Assembly (NCBI RefSeq): GCF_036321535.1
Contig: NC_087436.1
Location: 37,326,001 to 37,390,000 of the forward strand
Length of the DNA: 64,000 nucleotides
DNA from: Camelus dromedarius
Taxonomy: Eukaryota
Reading direction: 5' to 3'
The notes beneath the pieces were generated by a model. It was not told where the DNA came from. It saw nothing but the letters and a program-made list of their open reading frames with translations, and searched no databases. Below are positions 15,516 through 28,595 of the stretch, piece by piece. The translations under genes and the position numbers were made by a program. How positions within the stretch are numbered: the stretch's first letter is position 1; the number at the start of each line of letters is the position of its first letter.

Positions 15516-16110
15516 TACTACTTCTGACATACTGCACTCAGCCTGTTGATGACAGTAATACATGGTCTGCTGCAGTAGCTCTTATCAGCTCCCTCTGCTT
15601 TGTTCTTACTAGCTACCCTCTTCCATATACACACACACACAAACACACACACACACACTCTCTCTTTCTCTCTCTCTCATATAACAGCCAGAGTCATGTT
15701 TTAAAGTGCAAAGCAGATTATCAGATCCTCCTGTGAAAATACTTTAATAGCTTTTCATTGTTGTTAGAACAAGATCTAAAGTCTGAAGATAACCCAGGAG
15801 GTGCTCACAATTCAGCTCCCACTTATCACTCTGACTTTATCTCCTATCACTCTCCTTGAGCGCAGTGCTCCTGAATAATTTAGCTGCTATTAAGTGAAAA
15901 TATCTTTTTTTCTGTTTTTTTTTTTTAATCTTTAAACATGTTGTTGTTGTTTTTTTTTAATCTTTGGGTCTTTGTCTTGAATCTCTGTGCTCAGGCATTT
16001 GCTTGGCTGACTTTTCTTATTCAGAGCTCACACAGGTCAAACAGCTCTGCAAAGAGGCCTTTCTGTGACCTTCTTAAGTGTATCTAACAATTATTTTCTC
16101 TAGCCAGTCT
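15516..16110 (+). mobile_element. L2 3' region (continuation), containing a CA/CT microsatellite at ~15628-15680
   Basis: 'acagccagagtcatgttttaaagtgcaaagcagattatc', 'ctcaggcatttgc', 'agaggcctttctgtgacc'. Confidence 0.7.
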
Positions 16111-16119
16111 CAGTTTAAA

Positions 16120-19100
16120 ATTTTTTTTTATTGTTAAAAGAATACTTAGTATGAGATCTATCCTCTTAGCAAAGTTTTAAATGTATAATACATTATTTTG
16201 GCTGTAGGTACAGTGCTGTGCAGCAGATCTCTAGAGGTTACTCATCTTGCTTCACTAAAATTTCTTTTTCAGATAGCCCTTTATTGCTGTTATGTAGAAA
16301 AGTAACCAGTTTTTGTACATTGATTTTGTGTCCTGCAAATTTACTGAATTCATTTGTTAATTCTAAGAGGTAGTGTGTGTGTGTGTAGTCTTTAGGGTTT
16401 TCTACATACAAGATAATTTCATCTGCAGACAGACAATTTTATTTCTTTCTTTCTGATTTGGGTGCTTTTTATTGCTTTTCCTAACCTACTTGTTATGGTT
16501 AGGACTTTGAGTACTATGCTGAGTAGAAGTTGTGAGAGTAGGCATAGTTGCCTTGTTTCTAATCTTAGAGGAAAAGCTCTCAGTTTTCCTTAGATATGAT
16601 GTTACCTATCGGACTTTCATATATGTCCTTTATTTTGTTGAGGTACTTACCTTCTATTTCTAGTTTTCTGAGAGTTTTTAAAGGATGTTGAACTTTGTCA
16701 AATGCTTTTTTCCCCCATCTATTGAGATGATTGTGTGATTTTAGTCCTTTATTCTGTCAACGTGATATATCACATTAACTGATTTTCATGTGTTGAACCA
16801 TCCTTGTATCCCAGGGATAATTCCACCTGGTCTTGGTATATGATCCTTTTAATGTATTGTTGGACTCAATTTGTTAGTATTTTGTTAAGGATTTTTACAT
16901 CTATGTTCATCAAGAATATTGGGATGTATTTTTCTTCTCTGGTGGTTTCTTTGTCTGACTTTGTTATCAGCATAATGTGGGCCTCATAAAATGGTTTTGG
17001 AAGTGCTCTGTCCTCTTCAGTTTTTAAGAAGAGCTTGAAAATGATTGGTATTAATTCATCTTTAAATGTTTGGTCAAAATTAACAGTGAAATCATCTGGT
17101 TCTGGTTTTTCCTTGTTTGGAAGTTGGTGATTACTGATCCAATCTCTATGTTAGTAATAGGTCTGTTTAGATTTTCTATTTCTTCATAATTTAGTGTAGG
17201 AAGGTTATGTTTCTAGTAATTTGTCTGGGTTTCTTCTGGTTATCTGGTTTGTTGGCATGTAATTTGCTCTGTCACAAAAGTTTTTGTATATTGGGTTTTC
17301 CTTTTAGTTTGTCTTGAGATATTTTCTAATTTTCTTGATTTCTTCTCTGACTTCATGTTTATTTAAAATAGTGTCATTTAATTTCCACGTATTTGTGAAT
17401 TTTCCAGTTTTCCTTCTGGAAAGGAAAGTTATTAATTTCTAGTTTTATCTACTGCAGTCAAAAGAGTTACTTGATATGATTTCAGTCTTCTTAAATTTGT
17501 TAAGATGTGTTTTGGATCCAACTTATTATCTATTCTACTGAAAGATCTATATACACTTGAGAAGAATGTATATTCTGCTACTGTTGGGTGTAATGTTCAT
17601 GTATGTCTGTTGAGTCGAGTAGTCTATAGTGTTGTTCAGGTCTTCTGTTTCCTTGTTGATCTTCTGTCTGGATGTTTTATCTATTACTGAAAGTGGGATA
17701 TTGAAATCTCTTACTCTTAATGCTGTCTATTCCTCCCTTCAGTTCTGTCAGTGTTTGCTTTATATATTTAAATGCTCAGATGTTGGTTGCATATGTATTT
17801 TAATCATTACAGCTTCCTAGGATTGGCCCTGTTACCATTATAGAATGTCTTTGTTTGCTTCTTGTGGCAATTTTTGACAGTCTGAGCCTAAGTTCAGACT
17901 CATTTTGTCTGACATAAGTAGAGCCACAATTACTGTCTTTCTGTTACTATTTACTTAGAATATCTTTTTTCCTATCCCTTCACTTTCAGCCTATATGTGT
18001 CCTTAAATCTAAAGTGAGTTTCTTGTTAATGACATATAGCTGGGTCTTAAAAAAAAAATCCAATCAGCCACTCTCTGCCTTTTGGTTGAGGATTTTAATC
18101 CATTTACATTTAAAGTAATTATTGCTAGAAAGGATTTACTGTTGCCATTTTGTTAATTGTTTTGTTAATTTCATAGCATTTTTCCTATCTTTTTCTCTTT
18201 TGCTGTCTTCCTTTATGATTGCTGATTTTTTTGTATGATGCTTTGATTCTTTTTTGGTTTGTGTAACTGCCACAGGTATCATGGGGCTTGCACAAAATAT
18301 TTCAGTTATAACATTCTATTTTAAGCTGATAACAAGTTTAATTACATTAAAAAACTGTATTTTAACTCCTCCCTCCCGCTTTACTATTATCACAATTTAC
18401 ATCTTTTCATATGTAAATCTTTTAACATTTTTGTAGTTATTTTTAATACTTTTGTCTTCTAACTTATATACTAGAGTTAAGTGATTTACCACTACCATTA
18501 CAGTAATATAGTATTTTGTATTTGTCTATACATTTTACCTTTACCAATGAGTTTCATAGTTTCTTATGCCATAATATGTGTTTAGTGTCTCTTCATTTCA
18601 TCTTAAAAAATTCTCTTTAACATTTCTTATAAAATAGATCTAGTAGTGATGAACCCCTTCAGCTTTTATTTGTCTGGGAAAGCCTTTATCTCTTTCATTT
18701 TTGAAGGATAGTTTTGCTGGTTATAGCATTCTTGGCTAGCACTTTTTTCTTTTAGCACTTTGAATACATCATTCCACTCTCTTCAGGGCCTGCAAAGTTT
18801 CTGCTAAAAAATTCAGTGATGGTTTTATGGGGAGGGGATTCCCTTATATGTGACAAGTCTCTTTTCTCTTACTGCTTTCAAAGTTGTCTCTTTGTTTGGC
18901 TTTTGACAACTTGATTATAATGTCTCTCAGTGTGGGTTTCTTTGGTGTCTTATTTCTGTCTTTTGGGATTCTTGTCTGGATATCTATTTCCTTCCCCAGA
19001 TTTAGGGAGTTTCCAGCCATTATTAATTTGAATAAGCTTTCTGATTTTTTCTCTTTTTCTGGGAATCCCACAGTGTTTATATTGGTATGCATGATGATGT

Positions 19101-19850
19101 CACATAAGTCTCTTATGCTTTATTGTTTTTCTTTCTTTCTTTTTTTTGTCCCTTTGAAGATTTCCAATTACCAATCTCTGAGTTCATGGATTCTTTCTTC
19201 TGCTTGATATAGTCTGATGATGAACTTTTCTAGTGAATTTTTCACTTTGGTTATTGTAATCTTCAGCTCCATGATTTCTATTTGGTACTATTTAATGTTC
19301 CCTACTTCATTGTGGAAATTTTTCACTTGTTCATGTATTGTTCTCTTGACCTGGGTTAGCAATTAAAACAGCAATTCTGAATTCTCTTTCAGGTAAATCA
19401 TATAACTCTGCTTCATTAGGATCAGTTTCTGGAGATTTATCTTGTACATCTGGAACATCTTTGCCTGATTCTTTATTTTCCTTGACTCTCTGTTTTGGTT
19501 TCTGCGAGAGAGAATCCAGCCCTGAGGGGGAGCTCCCTCAGTAAAACTGAAGTGCTGGATGCATAAACCAATGATTTTCCTCCTCTAGCAGAAGCTGGGA
19601 CCTAGAGGATCTCATCCTGAGCATATGACATTGCACTAGGGGCAACAACTCTGGATAGAGGGTTTCCTGAATTTCCCTACTGAATTCAGTCTGGTTTCAT
19701 GTTTGCCAAGTATGCAGGAATCTTATGATTTCTCCTGAATTCCTCACAAAGGAAATCTGCCCATGAACTGTTGCTAAATTGGTGTGTTTGTGGGAGAAAG
19801 GAAGGTCCATGGCTTCCTCCTCTGTCAATTTGCTGACATTGCTTCTTTGC
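16120..19850 (-). mobile_element. Internally deleted older L1 with both termini (L1MA9-like 3' end, ORF2 pieces, ORF1, short 5' UTR)
   Basis: 3' end 'atgagatctatcctcttagcaaagtttt...gcagcagatctctagag'; ORF1 remnant (ORF 18844-19092 'NINTVGFPE...PTLRDIIIKLSK'); 5' tip 'tgtcaatttgctgacattgcttc'; possible TSD agcca(g/t)tctc at 16102-16111 / 19852-19861. Confidence 0.85.
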
Positions 19851-19851
19851 C

Positions 19852-20085
19852 AGCCATTCTCTATTACAGCACCATGTTTTAGTTTCTTCATAGCTCTTTT
19901 CAATGCTGAAATTAATCTGTTCATGCATGAATATACTTGGATATTTCTGTTCCTCTTCACTAAAAAATGTTAAGCTCTACAAGAGCAGGGACCTGAGTTG
20001 TTGACCCTTATGTCTCAAGCTTCTTATAAGTCTTTGCTTGACTTATAGTGAGACTTCAAAAACTACTTATCTAGTGAATTAATTA
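19852..20085 (+). mobile_element. L2 3' terminus
   Basis: 'aatgttaagctctacaagagcagggacc...atagtgagacttcaaaaactacttatctagtgaattaatt'. Confidence 0.7.
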
Positions 20086-20849
20086 GTGTTAGGTTACAAT
20101 TGCATCTTTGCACTCTAAAATTGAAATCATTTTTTATGCACTCAATGAGAGAGAACAGTCTAATAAATGGAATAAAGGTGGAGATCTGGTTCTGTCCATT
20201 ATTTTTCAAACATATTCAAATTCATTTAGCCTCTCTGAACCTTGTGATTTATCTTGTATAGGATTGTTTGAAGTCCTCCCTTCTCTATTACAAAGGAATG
20301 ATGTCAGTGTGAACTAAAATCATTTTTGTAAATCTCTTAGACAGAGCTCGCTATAAACCAGACACTACGTAAGTACTTTTCATCTACTTCGGTCATGATT
20401 AGTGAGAAAAAAATGCTGCTTTATGGTCTGATAGATTGTCCTAGGGAGCATGGGTTACAGTAACTATTTACTCTGGGTGAAATAAATTCAGTTAATAGGT
20501 ATAAATATCATATATATCAATATCTTCTCTAAGATGCCAAATACTCCTCCCAAACATCTCTATATCATTGCCAAATGTTTTAGATAAGATAGTCCCTTTA
20601 CCATACAGTTGGGGAAATTTCAGTGAAAAATAGAACATTGTGCTTAGGTATTACTTAAAAATATTTTACTTAAAAATTTTTTTTTTTTACTTTTTAAATG
20701 CCTTATCTTCATGTTTAAAAAGGACACACTGTTCCTGTTCCTTATTGAACTAGTAATGTATTACCTAAATTATACTAGCTGGTCTATGTGCCACTGTGCT
20801 GAGTATTTTATATACTATCTTATTTTTATGCTCAATGACTCTCTTTTAA

Positions 20850-21958
20850 AATTTTATTTTTGTTTTTTTTATTGAGGTATAGTCAGTTTACAGTGTTGTG
20901 TCAATTTCTAGTGTATAGCACAATGCCCCAGCCATACATGAACATACATATATTCATTTTTGTATTCTTTTTTTACCATAAGCTACTACAAGATATTGAA
21001 TGTAGTTCCCTGTGCTATACAGCATAAACTTATTTATCTATTTTATATATATATATATATAAGTATCTGCAAATCTCAAACCCCCAGTTTATCCTTTCCC
21101 ACTCCCTTTCCCCCTGATAACCATAAGTTTGTTTTCTACGTGTGTGAGTCTGTTTCTGTTTTGTAAATAAGTTCATTTTTTTTTTTTTTTTTAGATTCCA
21201 AATATAAGTGATATCATATGGTATTTGTCTTTCTTTCTGGCTTACTTCACTTTGAATGACATTCTCCAGGTCCATCTATGTTGCTGCAAATGACATTATT
21301 TTATTATTTTTTATGGCTGAGTAGTATTCCATCATGTAAACATACCACAGCTTCTATATCCAGTCATCTGTTGATGGACATTTAGGTTGTTTCCAAGTCT
21401 TGGCTATTGTAAATAGTGCTGCTATGAACATTGGGGTGCAGGTGTCTTTCTGAATTAAGGTTCCCTCTGGATATATGCCCAGGAGAGGGATTGCTGGATC
21501 ATATGGTAAGTCTATTTTCATTCTTTTGAGGAATCTCCATACTGTTTTCCATAATGGTTGCACCACACTACATTCCCACCAATAGTGTAGGAGGGTTCCC
21601 TTTTCTCCACAGCCTCGCCAGCATTCATCATTTATGGACTTTTGAATGATGGCCATTCTAACTAGTGTGAGGTGATAACTCATTATAGTTTTGATTTTCA
21701 TTTCTCTGATAATTAGCGATATTGAGCATTTTTTCATGTGCCTGTTGGCCATTTGTGTTTCTTCATTGGAGAATTGCTTGTTTAGGTCTTCTGCCCATTT
21801 TTGGATTGGTTTGCTTGATTTTTTCTTAAGTTGTATGAGCTGTTTATATATTCTGGAAATTAAGCCCTTGTCAGTCTCATCTTTTGCAAATATTTTCTCC
21901 CATTTCATAGGTTGTCTCTTTATTTTGCTTATGATTTCCTTTGCTGTGCAGAGAAGCT
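20850..21958 (-). mobile_element. Young lineage-specific L1, 3' 1.1 kb
   Basis: T-rich tail followed by 'attgaggtatagtcagtttacagtgttgtgtcaatttct'; ORF 21354-21908 is the ORF2 C-terminus with a damaged CCHC knuckle ([18 protein letters not shown]). Confidence 0.95.
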
Positions 21959-22275
21959 GTGTCCCATAAATTTTGGATTGTTGTGTTTTGTTTTCATTTG
22001 TCTACAGTATTTCTTGATTTCCTCTCTGATTTCCTTAGTGACCCATTGGTTGTTTAGTACCATACTTTTTACTCCATCTCCATGTGTCTGTGTTTTTTGG
22101 TAGATTTTCTTGTACTTGACCTCTAGTTTCATAGTGTTGTGGTTGGAAAATATGTTTGATATTATTTCATTCTTATATTTACTGAAACTTGTTCTGTGAC
22201 CTAGCATGCGACCTGTCTTGGAGAACATTCCATGTGTACGTGAAAAGAATGCATATTCAGTTGCTTTGGGATGGC
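21959..22275 (-). mobile_element. L1 ORF2 endonuclease-end fragment fused to the preceding 3' end
   Basis: ORF 21929-22228 'MFSKTGRMLGHRTSFSKYK..IFSNHNTMKLE..MVLNNQWVTKEIREEIKKY'. Confidence 0.85.
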
Positions 22276-22289
22276 AAGGCTGTGTAAAG

Positions 22290-23277
22290 GGATAAAATGT
22301 CAGTGGTAGAAGGTAGTGTATAGTTTAATATTAAGTAGGGTAGTCTAGGCTGGAATCCTTAAGGAGGCAAAATTTGAGTAATGGTATGAAGGAGGTGAGG
22401 ATTTGGCCAAATAGTTATTTGGGGTAAATAATATTGGCTGATGAAATAGCTAGAGCAGTGCTTATGATGGAATTACATTTAGAATCCTGGTATATTCAAG
22501 TAACTGTAAAAATATCACTGTGTCTAGCATAAAATAAGTATTTTGAGAATGTCAGAGAAGCAAATGAGGAGACTCTGTGAGCCACTGTAAAGGCCTTTAC
22601 CCTATGTAAAATGAGAAGCCTTTGAAAGCTTCTGGGCAGAAAAATTACATTATCTGACTTAAACTTGAAAATGACCACACATTATATAATTGCTTTCTGT
22701 TTAATGTCTGGTTTCTTCTCTCCCACAATAAAACATAGAGGCCATGAAAGGCACATAAATATGTCTGCTTTAGACACCTGGCGTACATCAGTGAATATCG
22801 AGGATCTGATACATAGTAGCAGCTCAGTATGTAGTTGGTGAATAAAGGAATAAACATGTAATCTCTTGGATCACCTTGCTCCAACAGAGAGAGTTGAAAA
22901 ATAAGCAATAGAGACCAAGGGTAAAACCAAGACCAGTTGGGAAGCTGTTGTCATAATCTAGGTAAGACCGTGTCATGGACCAGGATGGTGGCAATGGAGG
23001 TAGTAAAATTAGTTGAATTTTGATATTTTTGAATTGCTGAATTTTGGTATTTTTGAAGCATTCAAGAGGATTTCCTGATGAGTTGGATGTGATACATAAA
23101 AGAAAGGAATTAAGGATGTGCTCAAAGTTTTGGTGGGAGCACCTGGAAAGATGGGTTTACTATCAACTGAAATGAAGAAGGCTGCATTTGGAGAAGATTT
23201 CAAGGGATGGAGAAGTGAGGTTAGAAATTTACCTTGGACATTTGAGTTTCATATACCCATTAGGAATCTAAGTGGAA
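22290..23277 (-). mobile_element. L2 fragments (mainly antisense, with a sense L2 3' end at ~22690-22850)
   Basis: 'gccactgtaaaggcctttac...gagaagcctttgaaagctt', 'gaaaggaattaaggatg...ggacatttgagtttcatatacccatt'; resumes after the L1 at 23881-23970. Confidence 0.7.
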
Positions 23278-23880
23278 GAGGGAACTTTAATTCAAAAAGA
23301 TACATACACTCCAGTGTTCACAGGAGCACTATTTGCAATAGCCAAGACATGGAAACAACCTAAATGTCCATTGACAGAGGACTAGATAAAGAAGCTGTGG
23401 TATATTTATACAATGGAATACTACTCGGCCATTAAAAAATAATAAAATAATGTCATTTGCAGCAACATGGATGGACCTAGAGATTGTTATTCTAAGTAAG
23501 CCAGAAAGAGAATGAAAAATACCATATGATATCACTTGTATGTGGAATCTGGGGAAGAAAAAGACAAATGAACTTACTCACAAAACAGAAACAGACTCAG
23601 ACATAGAAAACAAAGTTATAGTTACCAGAGGGTAAGGGATGGGAAAGGATAAATTGGGAGTTTGAGATTTGCAGATCTAACTACTACATATAAAATAGAT
23701 AAACAACAAGTTTATACTGTATAGCATAGGGAACTATATTCAGTATCTTGTAGTAACCTATACTGGAAAAGAATATATGTGTGTATATTTGACTGAACTA
23801 TTATGCTATACACCAGAAATTGACACAATATTGTAAACTGCCTATACTTCAATTAAAAGAAAAGAGAAAGAAAAAAAAGA
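23278..23880 (+). mobile_element. Young 5'-truncated L1 (603 bp) with a perfect 13-bp TSD
   Basis: TSD aatctaagtggaa at 23265-23277 and 23881-23893; A-rich tail; same 3' UTR family as 33911 and 37760. Confidence 0.95.
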
Positions 23881-24407
23881 AATCTAAGTGGAAATGTCAA
23901 GAACAGTATGAGTCAGAAGTTTGTGAGAGAGGTCTGACCTGGAGATTAATTTATTGAAGTCTGTTGTCATTAACATCCCCACTTCTATCATATTGTGTTT
24001 TTAAATTGAAGACAAAAGGTCAGATGATCACAATCCCATTTTTAATCTGAACTAGGCATGTCCTGACCAGTGCTGATGTCATTTCTACTTTCTCCTCGTA
24101 TCTTACTGCCTGGATTAGTTTGACATTCATTTCACCCAACAGAAGTGTTCTGAACTGAACTTCTCCTGGGCACTGGTCATAGGCATGGTGAGCCTGGAAG
24201 GAGAAATGTAGAGCAGTTTATTCTTTTTGACCATCCTTATGCCATGTCTGTTCACATTATGAACTATCTAATCTCGAGTTCACATTATAGTTCTACCAAA
24301 TAACCAACTACAGAAACCTGGTGATTCCCAGGACTCACTCATATCTTGCCCATTATTGCATTCCTCAGAAAGTTGTCTTAAACCTTCAGTAGAGATGAAA
24401 AAAATAA

Positions 24408-24606
24408 TAAAGTATAATTGACGTACATTATATTAGTTTCAGGGGTACAACATAACAATTTGATGTTTGTATATATTGTGAAATGATTATGACCATAGGT
24501 TTAAATAAAATAACATCCATCACCATTTCTACAGATTTTTTTTTCTTATGATAAGAACTTTTCTTATGATAAGGATCTATTCTCTTAATAACATCCAAAT
24601 ATGTAA
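24408..24606 (-). mobile_element. L1 3' UTR fragment (L1MA9-like)
   Basis: 'attatattagtttcaggggtacaacataac...ggatctattctcttaataac'; small internal duplication 'ttttcttatgataag' x2. Confidence 0.75.
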
Positions 24607-24814
24607 AGTTTCAGTGAAGTTGAAATTTGATTATAACCTAGAGACTGTTCAGGTTATATATCTCCCAGGAGCTTTTACCTGATGGTGGCAATATTGCCCT
24701 TTCCTTAAACAGCTGGGTTTATGCTTTCTACTCATAAAAACAAACAAAAAACTAAACAACACATTCCTTGGAGATTCTTACACTGCTAGTAAAACTTAAG
24801 TAAACATAATAATG

Positions 24815-25002
24815 ATTAAGATAAAATCATGTCAGTGGTTATTTTCTGGGGACAGAGGAGTATAAACATAAGGAGCACACAGGAAGCTTCTAAGGTATTA
24901 GGAACTGTCTGTTTCTTTACTCAGATAATAGATTAATAAGTTTTAATTTTTATCATTATTCTTTAACTGTACATAAGTATTTTTACCATCTTCTCTATAC
25001 AT
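24815..25002 (+). mobile_element. Ancient L1 (L1MC/ME-like) 3' UTR fragment
   Basis: 'cagtggttattttctgggg...aggaagcttctaaggtattaggaactgtctgtttctttac'. Confidence 0.55.
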
Positions 25003-25377
25003 GAGTTCTAGTAAAGGTTACTAAATTGGAGGGGGCTTTCCTCTTGACTTTGCAGAGCCATGGCTGCAGTGGATATAGGAACCAGTCTTCCCAATGGAGT
25101 TCTAGTAAAGGTTACTAAATTGGAGTCAGTAGATAGAATAAGCAAGAGTAAGAAAGGGTGAGTGAGGGGGTGGAGCTAAAAAAAATAGGGTGGTAAATTG
25201 ACAAAGTCCACCCCTGCTTTTTCCTGGAGTGTACAAAGTGACTGGTAGCATGGGAGGGAAGCTAATTTCTAAAGAAATTGAAAGCTCTGATGGGGTGTAG
25301 AGCTCTTGGCATATATATTTGCACCCCAAAATAATAACATTCTTTTTATTTTGGCATTTAGGGGTGGGTGAGAAGAG

Positions 25378-25889
25378 TGTATCAGTCAGATACTGTTGCA
25401 TAACACACTATCCCAAAATTTTGTGGCTTAAAGAGGTAAACTACTTAGCTTATGATTATGTGGGTTGACAATTTGAGATAGGCTCAGCTGGATGGTTCTT
25501 CAGATCTTGGCCGGGCTTATTCTTACATCGACAGTTAGTTGCTGGGTCAACTAAGGAGTGAATGAACAAGAATCCTAGCTTAGGATGGCTCATCTTGATT
25601 CCTTCTGGTCTCTCATTCTCAGTCAGGCTATCCCAGATGTTCTCATGGTAGCAGGTAGGCTTCTAAGAGAGTGAGCAAAATTTGCAATGCTTTTTGAGGG
25701 CTAGATTGGAACTGGCACATCACTCAATCTGTTGTACTTTATTGGTCAAAGCAAATTACAAGTTCTGCCCAGATTCAAGAGGTGAGGAGATTGCTATCTC
25801 TTGATGAGGAAAATTGCAGTGTCTTGTTACAAAGGGTGTGGCTACAGGAAGAGAAATTATTGAAGTAATTTTGGTAAATAATCTATCAC
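25378..25889 (-). mobile_element. MaLR solo LTR (MLT1H-like)
   Basis: 'tgtatcagtcag...cccaaaattttgtggcttaaa...ggctcagctggatggttctt...attggtcaaagcaaattacaag...ctatcaca'. Confidence 0.8.
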
Positions 25890-26049
25890 AGTAAGTGTCT
25901 TCATATTCTCAGTTCTTGCCTACCCATCATAAAGGGAAGACTTTCAATCAGTATCTTCTACCCATGTGCTTAGAGGCAGAGTCATACTCCCATTCAAGGA
26001 ATAGTACTTTGGGGGAAAACAAGTTCAAACAATAGCAGAGAAACCCACA

Positions 26050-27010
26050 CTACTTACCCATCTAATTAGCATAGTTCTCATTTATGCCTATGAATAGACC
26101 ACCAGTAAGTATCAAATGTTGGAGAAAAATTAAGCAGCCCAAAAGAGAGACACCAAGATGAACAATCAAATATCTAATGCCAGCACCAAAAGAGAAAAAT
26201 CAAGGGACAAAATAAGTAAAGTAGTATTTTTAGAGATATATTTATTGGCTAAATTTTAAAAATTCAGTAATATATATGCATGGTGAAAATTCAAATTATA
26301 CAGTAGTTCCCCTGTATGTCCAGGTCTGAGTTCTCCTCCCCAGAGTCAATTACCATTACTTGGGTTTTATTTATCCTTCCAGAATTTTGCTTCTGGGATA
26401 TTTGAGAAATAAACTAATAGCCTACTATAAGTAAAGATCAATAAGGGAATAAGAATGTATTTTTAGAAATTACAAAAATAAGTAATAAAAGTAAAATATA
26501 TTAGATGTAGATATCAATAGGTAGATATAGTAGAGTTTGGATCAAAATTTAAAGAAGTCTCCTGTAATATGGAGCAAAAGACTCAAAGGTATAAAATATG
26601 AGAAAACTGGAGAGATATAGATGGTCAATCCATGAGTTTAAATATTTAAAGCCAATTATACAAATTTGTTTAGAAGAACTAAAAAGAGAAATAATAGAAG
26701 AAAATTCATATAAATTAAAAATTAGTTGAAAATTTCCTACTGAAAAGGCTCACCAAAGGTTGAGCAGGATGAATAAGAACAGTGCTACTTCTAGGCATAC
26801 CTGCATAAATCACAAAATATGAAGAAAAACAAGATTTTGAATGTTTCTGGGGTGGAGAGAACAGCAGATTTTTTTTTGTATAAAATTTCATATCAGCAAC
26901 TGAGGAAACAATACAATAATAGATTAATGCCTTCAAAGTACTGAGGAAAAATAATTTTGAATCTATAATTTTACACAGAACTCTAAAGATTTTACCTGAG
27001 ATATCTGAGA
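26050..27010 (+). mobile_element. Ancient L1 ORF1-like / HAL1-like fossil
   Basis: 'agaaataatagaagaaaattc...gaaaaggctcacc...aatgccttcaaagtactgaggaaaaataattttgaatctataatttta' is the ORF1 C-terminal signature. Confidence 0.6.
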
Positions 27011-27406
27011 GCATGTAAATTATTCAGTGTGAGAGAAAAGAGTCCTAAGAAAAAAAATCTTCAGTTCCCACTGGATGAGAAGGGAAGAGGATGTAGTTTG
27101 GTGCTGTTGAAGTGCCTAGGACTTCAGGAACAAAATCCCAAAGAGGATAGAACCACAGGGAAGAGACCTTCAAAATATCTGGGCAATCTCCTCTCAAGGA
27201 ATTCTCTAACTCCTAAATTGTGCAAGTGAAGGGCAAGACTCCAGGAAAACTGAAGCAGAAAGCAGTAACTGGGAGGCTAAATCCCTGGGCAAGTATTTCA
27301 GTGGTCATGTAGTGCTGGGGAGGAAGAGGCCTAGACAGAGAGACCTTCACAAAAACCTTAGGCTCTGATTTGATTCACAGAAGGTCACCCACTAGGAGTT
27401 AGGGCA

Positions 27407-27605
27407 TGTATCAGTTTCCTAGGGCTGCCATAATAAATTACCACAAACTGGGTGACTTTACAAACAGAAGTGTATTCTTTCACAGTTCTGGAGGCCAGAG
27501 GTCTGAAATCAAGCAGGGCCATGCTCTGTTTGAAGGCTCTAGGGTAGGAAGATCCTTCTTTGCTTCTTCTAGCTTCTGCAGTCCTTGATGTTCCTTGGCT
27601 CTGCC
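27407..27605 (-). mobile_element. MaLR LTR fragment (MLT1C/D-like)
   Basis: 'tgtatcagtttcctagggctgccataataaattaccacaaactgggtg...cacagttctggaggccagaggtctgaaatcaag'. Confidence 0.85.
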
Positions 27606-27624
27606 TACATTATCACAAGGCATT

Positions 27625-28595
27625 CGTCTGTGTCTTACTCATCTTATGACTGGCAGTCTACCATCTCACTCCCCACCCCATCAACTTCCTACCTGTGGCA
27701 ACTACCAATACCAACTGAGATTTTTTTTTGAAAAAATTCCATGTGTAAGTGAGATCCTATGGTATTTGTCTTTCTCTGTCTGACTTATTTCACTTAGCAC
27801 AATGCCCTCAAGGTTCACCATGCTGTCTTAAATGGATGAATAATATTACATTGTATGTATGGTACATTTTCTTCATCCATCCATCCATTAGTGAGCACGT
27901 AGGTTGCTTCCTTATCTTGGCTATTGTAAATAATGCTGCAATAAATGTGGGGGTTGCAGATAGCTTTTGGATATAGTGATTTGTTTGCTTAGGGTAAACA
28001 CCCAGAAGTGGAATTACTGGATGATATGGTAGTTCTATTTTTAATATTTTGAGGAACTTCCATAATGTTTCCCATAGTGGTTGCACCAGCTTACAATCCC
28101 ACAATAACAAGGTTTCCCTTATCTTCACATCCTTGCCAACTCTTGTTATTTCTTGTCTTTTTGATAATAGCGATTCTAATAGGTCGAGTAGATATCTCAC
28201 TGTCATTTTAATGTGCATCTCTGTGTTAGTGATGAACATTTTTTATGCACCTGTTGTCATCCAGTTTCTCTGTCCATTTCTTAGTTGAAATTTTTTTCTG
28301 TTGAACAGTTCTATATATACTTTGGATATTAACCCTTTATCAGATAAATATGTTCTCCCATTCAGTAAGTACATTGTCTTAATTTTGTTGATAGATTCTT
28401 TTGCTGTGCAGAAGCTTTTGAGTTTGATGTAGTCTCACTTCTTTTTGCTTTTGTTGCCTTTGTTTTTGGTGTCAATGTCAAAAAATCATCATCAACACCA
28501 ATGTTTAGGAGTTTACCATGTTTTCTCTAGTTTTATGATTTCAGGTGACATGTTCAGGTGTTTGAGATATGTTAGTATTGTGTGTCATGGGTGAA
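27625..28595 (-). mobile_element. Older L1 3' fragment (L1MA9-like)
   Basis: ORF 27808-28239 'WDCKLVQPLWETLWKFLKILKIELPYHPVIPLLGVYP' is the ORF2 C-terminus. Confidence 0.9.

Noticed and set aside
21354..21908. 184-aa ORF as a domesticated gene
   Set aside because: It is the ORF2 C-terminus of a young truncated L1; openness is explained by recent insertion.
25003..25125. CRISPR-like repeat-spacer-repeat
   Set aside because: Only two repeats, a 65-bp spacer, no cas genes, and a mammalian context.
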